64,000 nt of DNA from contig NC_092678.1 of assembly GCF_964355755.1 (NCBI RefSeq), positions 2,682,422-2,746,421 on the forward strand, written 5' to 3'. Origin of the DNA: Antedon mediterranea (taxonomy: Eukaryota > Animalia > Echinodermata). Shown here in pieces: positions 61,761-64,000 of this stretch. The notes below the pieces were generated by a model. That model saw nothing but the letters and a program-made list of their open reading frames with translations. It was not told where the DNA came from and made no database searches. The number at the start of each line of letters is the position of its first letter. Position 1 is the first letter of the stretch. A program made the position numbers and the translations under genes.

Positions 61761-64000
61761 TAATCACCTCACATGGCCCTTACATCTTCTATATACACTC
61801 ATATTTAAGATTCTGGATGACTAGTTTGCCATTTATAATAATCTGACATAAGTCCTATTAATTAAATGTATCAAATTACTAGTCACACTGTAATAAGAGT
61901 CGATAAAATGTACTGTAATTGTAATCTTTTTGTCTTGAATTTAACGTAGGGTTGAAAAAACGCATTAATATAATTGGTTTTGTTCTGATTTACTTCTTTG
62001 TTCCATCCGCAAAATTATCATGTGCTGTTTTCGGTATGAATATTGCCCACCATGTCTCTCTACAGTAAAATTTCACCAGCTCTCTTCTCTTCTAAGTTGA
62101 AGATGTTGTTAAGCTCCATCTTGTCTTGGTCCCAAGATCACTGCATTTGATGCAGTACATGCTCTCATTCACACCTTCAATTGTGCACTTTTAAGCATGC
62201 TTAGCAGTTAAAGTGCTTATTAATCGGCAATATTTAGAAAAAAATTATGAAATAACATAAAACACAAGTCTGTATTAAAGTATACTATTTTGTTCAATAG
62301 TGCTCGGGTGCAAAAAGCTACAGTATAACATGGACCTATAAATGTTCTAATTCAGTAAATGAAAATTAACTTCTTTAAACTATGAATAACCTCATAAAAT
62401 ATTATGCGACAGAACATAGTCATTGAAAATAAACATAATATTTCATTTCCCGACCATTTACATTATGACTCATGTGTGATAGACAGGGAATATGACGAGC
62501 AGGGATGTAAGGAAATAGACGGAGACATAATGTTTACTCCCTCTAATCATTGATAACATTCTTAGTTTTGTTTGTTTTTTGCCTTCATCGTAAGAATTAT
62601 TAGATAATTAACGTGGTGCCTGGTTCAATTTCAATGATTTCAATGATTCAATGATTGAATGTAATGTTTTAACCTTGTACATTGATTATAGATGAAATGG
62701 TAAAATGTACGCCCACAACCACATTATATCGACTTAGCATCGATACATTATACAATCTAATCATATATAATGTACTGTAACATTGCTTTCATGTACTCCT
62801 GGTCTATTTGGTATGTTAAGTATTCTTTCAGTGTCTGTTTAATTTTTATGCAAGTGGCTAGACTCTTCCTCCTTGTCAGAGGAGTCCAAAATATTATATA
62901 CTACAGCAAGTTCCGACCTATGCTTGTATCATATGCGTGCATCTTCAAAGTAAAAGATTAGTGGACTGGAAGCCAACTGATCGTACGATCAGTACGAAAA
63001 CTGATCGTACAAGATTAGTGACCTCCATAGAGTTGGCAATATCCTAAATGTTTTTTCTGATCTATATTAATTGCTTCCGTCTTTAAGATTAGTGAAATTG
63101 TAATAATTAATTTGTACTTTTAGAAACCTTTTTCATATAGTCTCTTCACGCTGTAGTTGGAGGAGTATCAAAATATGTCCATGGGTCTAAATAAAAAGAA
63201 CAATACATTTATTTAGCAATGGTTTACAGTATTTACCGTCAATAAATACTTTGTTTTGTTCGTTCATAAGACTTTGGTGTCAATCAAGTGGTCTGAATGG
63301 ACAATACTGCCCGAGGAGGTTTCTCTAAGTTTATCTGACAAAACAACAGTGGATTTACCTTTTATATTTCTATACATCAGTTTAGATTGACATGTGTTAC
63401 TTATATGATTGTGGTTTGTTATTTTTGTTATGATGTTGATTTTAGAGCTGTTTTTCCCTGCAAAGTAAAAAAAATAATGCGTAAAGAATTAGGATGAACC
63501 ATTATTAGTGGTACAGTTTTTTGCTGCAGTGACGTTTTTCTACGCATTATTATTGACAAGTTTCTGAAGCATCAATAACCATCACTTATACCCCCAATCA
63601 AACAATAGATTGATTTAATTTACTTTAAATTAATATTTATAATTTGAATATTTTGAACGTAAACTAGGCTCAATGTTCAATCAAAGAAAAGCCCTGGAAT
63701 CTAGAAAACACTTTCATTTCCTTTTTGTTCCTCCAAGAATTTGGATTTGACACTTCATAAAATAACTGGAATAATAAAAAAAATCTGTTATGATCATCAA
63801 GACTGGTTGTCTCCTTAACATAGCTAAACTTAATACAAAAAACATAACATTCCATTATTAAATAGATTATAATAAAATTACAATAAAAGGAGAATTCTCT
63901 TCTAATAATGAGTTGATGGGAAACTTGTTTTTTACTGTCAATTGAGCTTTGATGAGTAAGGTATTGGATAGTGCCAAAATGTTTGTCTTTGTATCTGTGA

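Overview
AT-rich, intron-rich eukaryotic DNA, most consistent with an invertebrate deuterostome such as an echinoderm (inferred from a Deu-domain-like SINE and the dystroglycan intron position; not proven). Bases 1-~1470 hold the last three coding exons and 3' UTR of an EFCAB10-like EF-hand gene (+). The rest appears to be the 5' part of a dystroglycan (DAG1) gene (+): a probable non-coding first exon ending at 2600, ~54 kb of intron with candidate UTR or alternative first exons, the first coding exon (56774-57199, ATG 56966), then the next intron. These introns contain many transposons: an inverted pair of Mutator-like elements with 10-bp TSDs, piggyBac-, Tc2- and Tigger-like non-autonomous elements, several Harbinger-type MITE families, tRNA-derived SINEs and two Rex1/Babar LINE copies (one with an unbroken 534-aa RT frame). 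Three signals stand out. TAC(A/T)GTA is strongly over-represented and matches the Tc1/mariner excision footprint. An analogous TAGGCCTA/TAGGCTA/TAGCCTA motif clusters just downstream of 5' splice donors and inside transposon cores. The two Mutator-like copies show TIR substitutions mirrored within each copy. No prokaryotic systems (CRISPR, operons) are present, and almost all short ORFs in the track are spurious.
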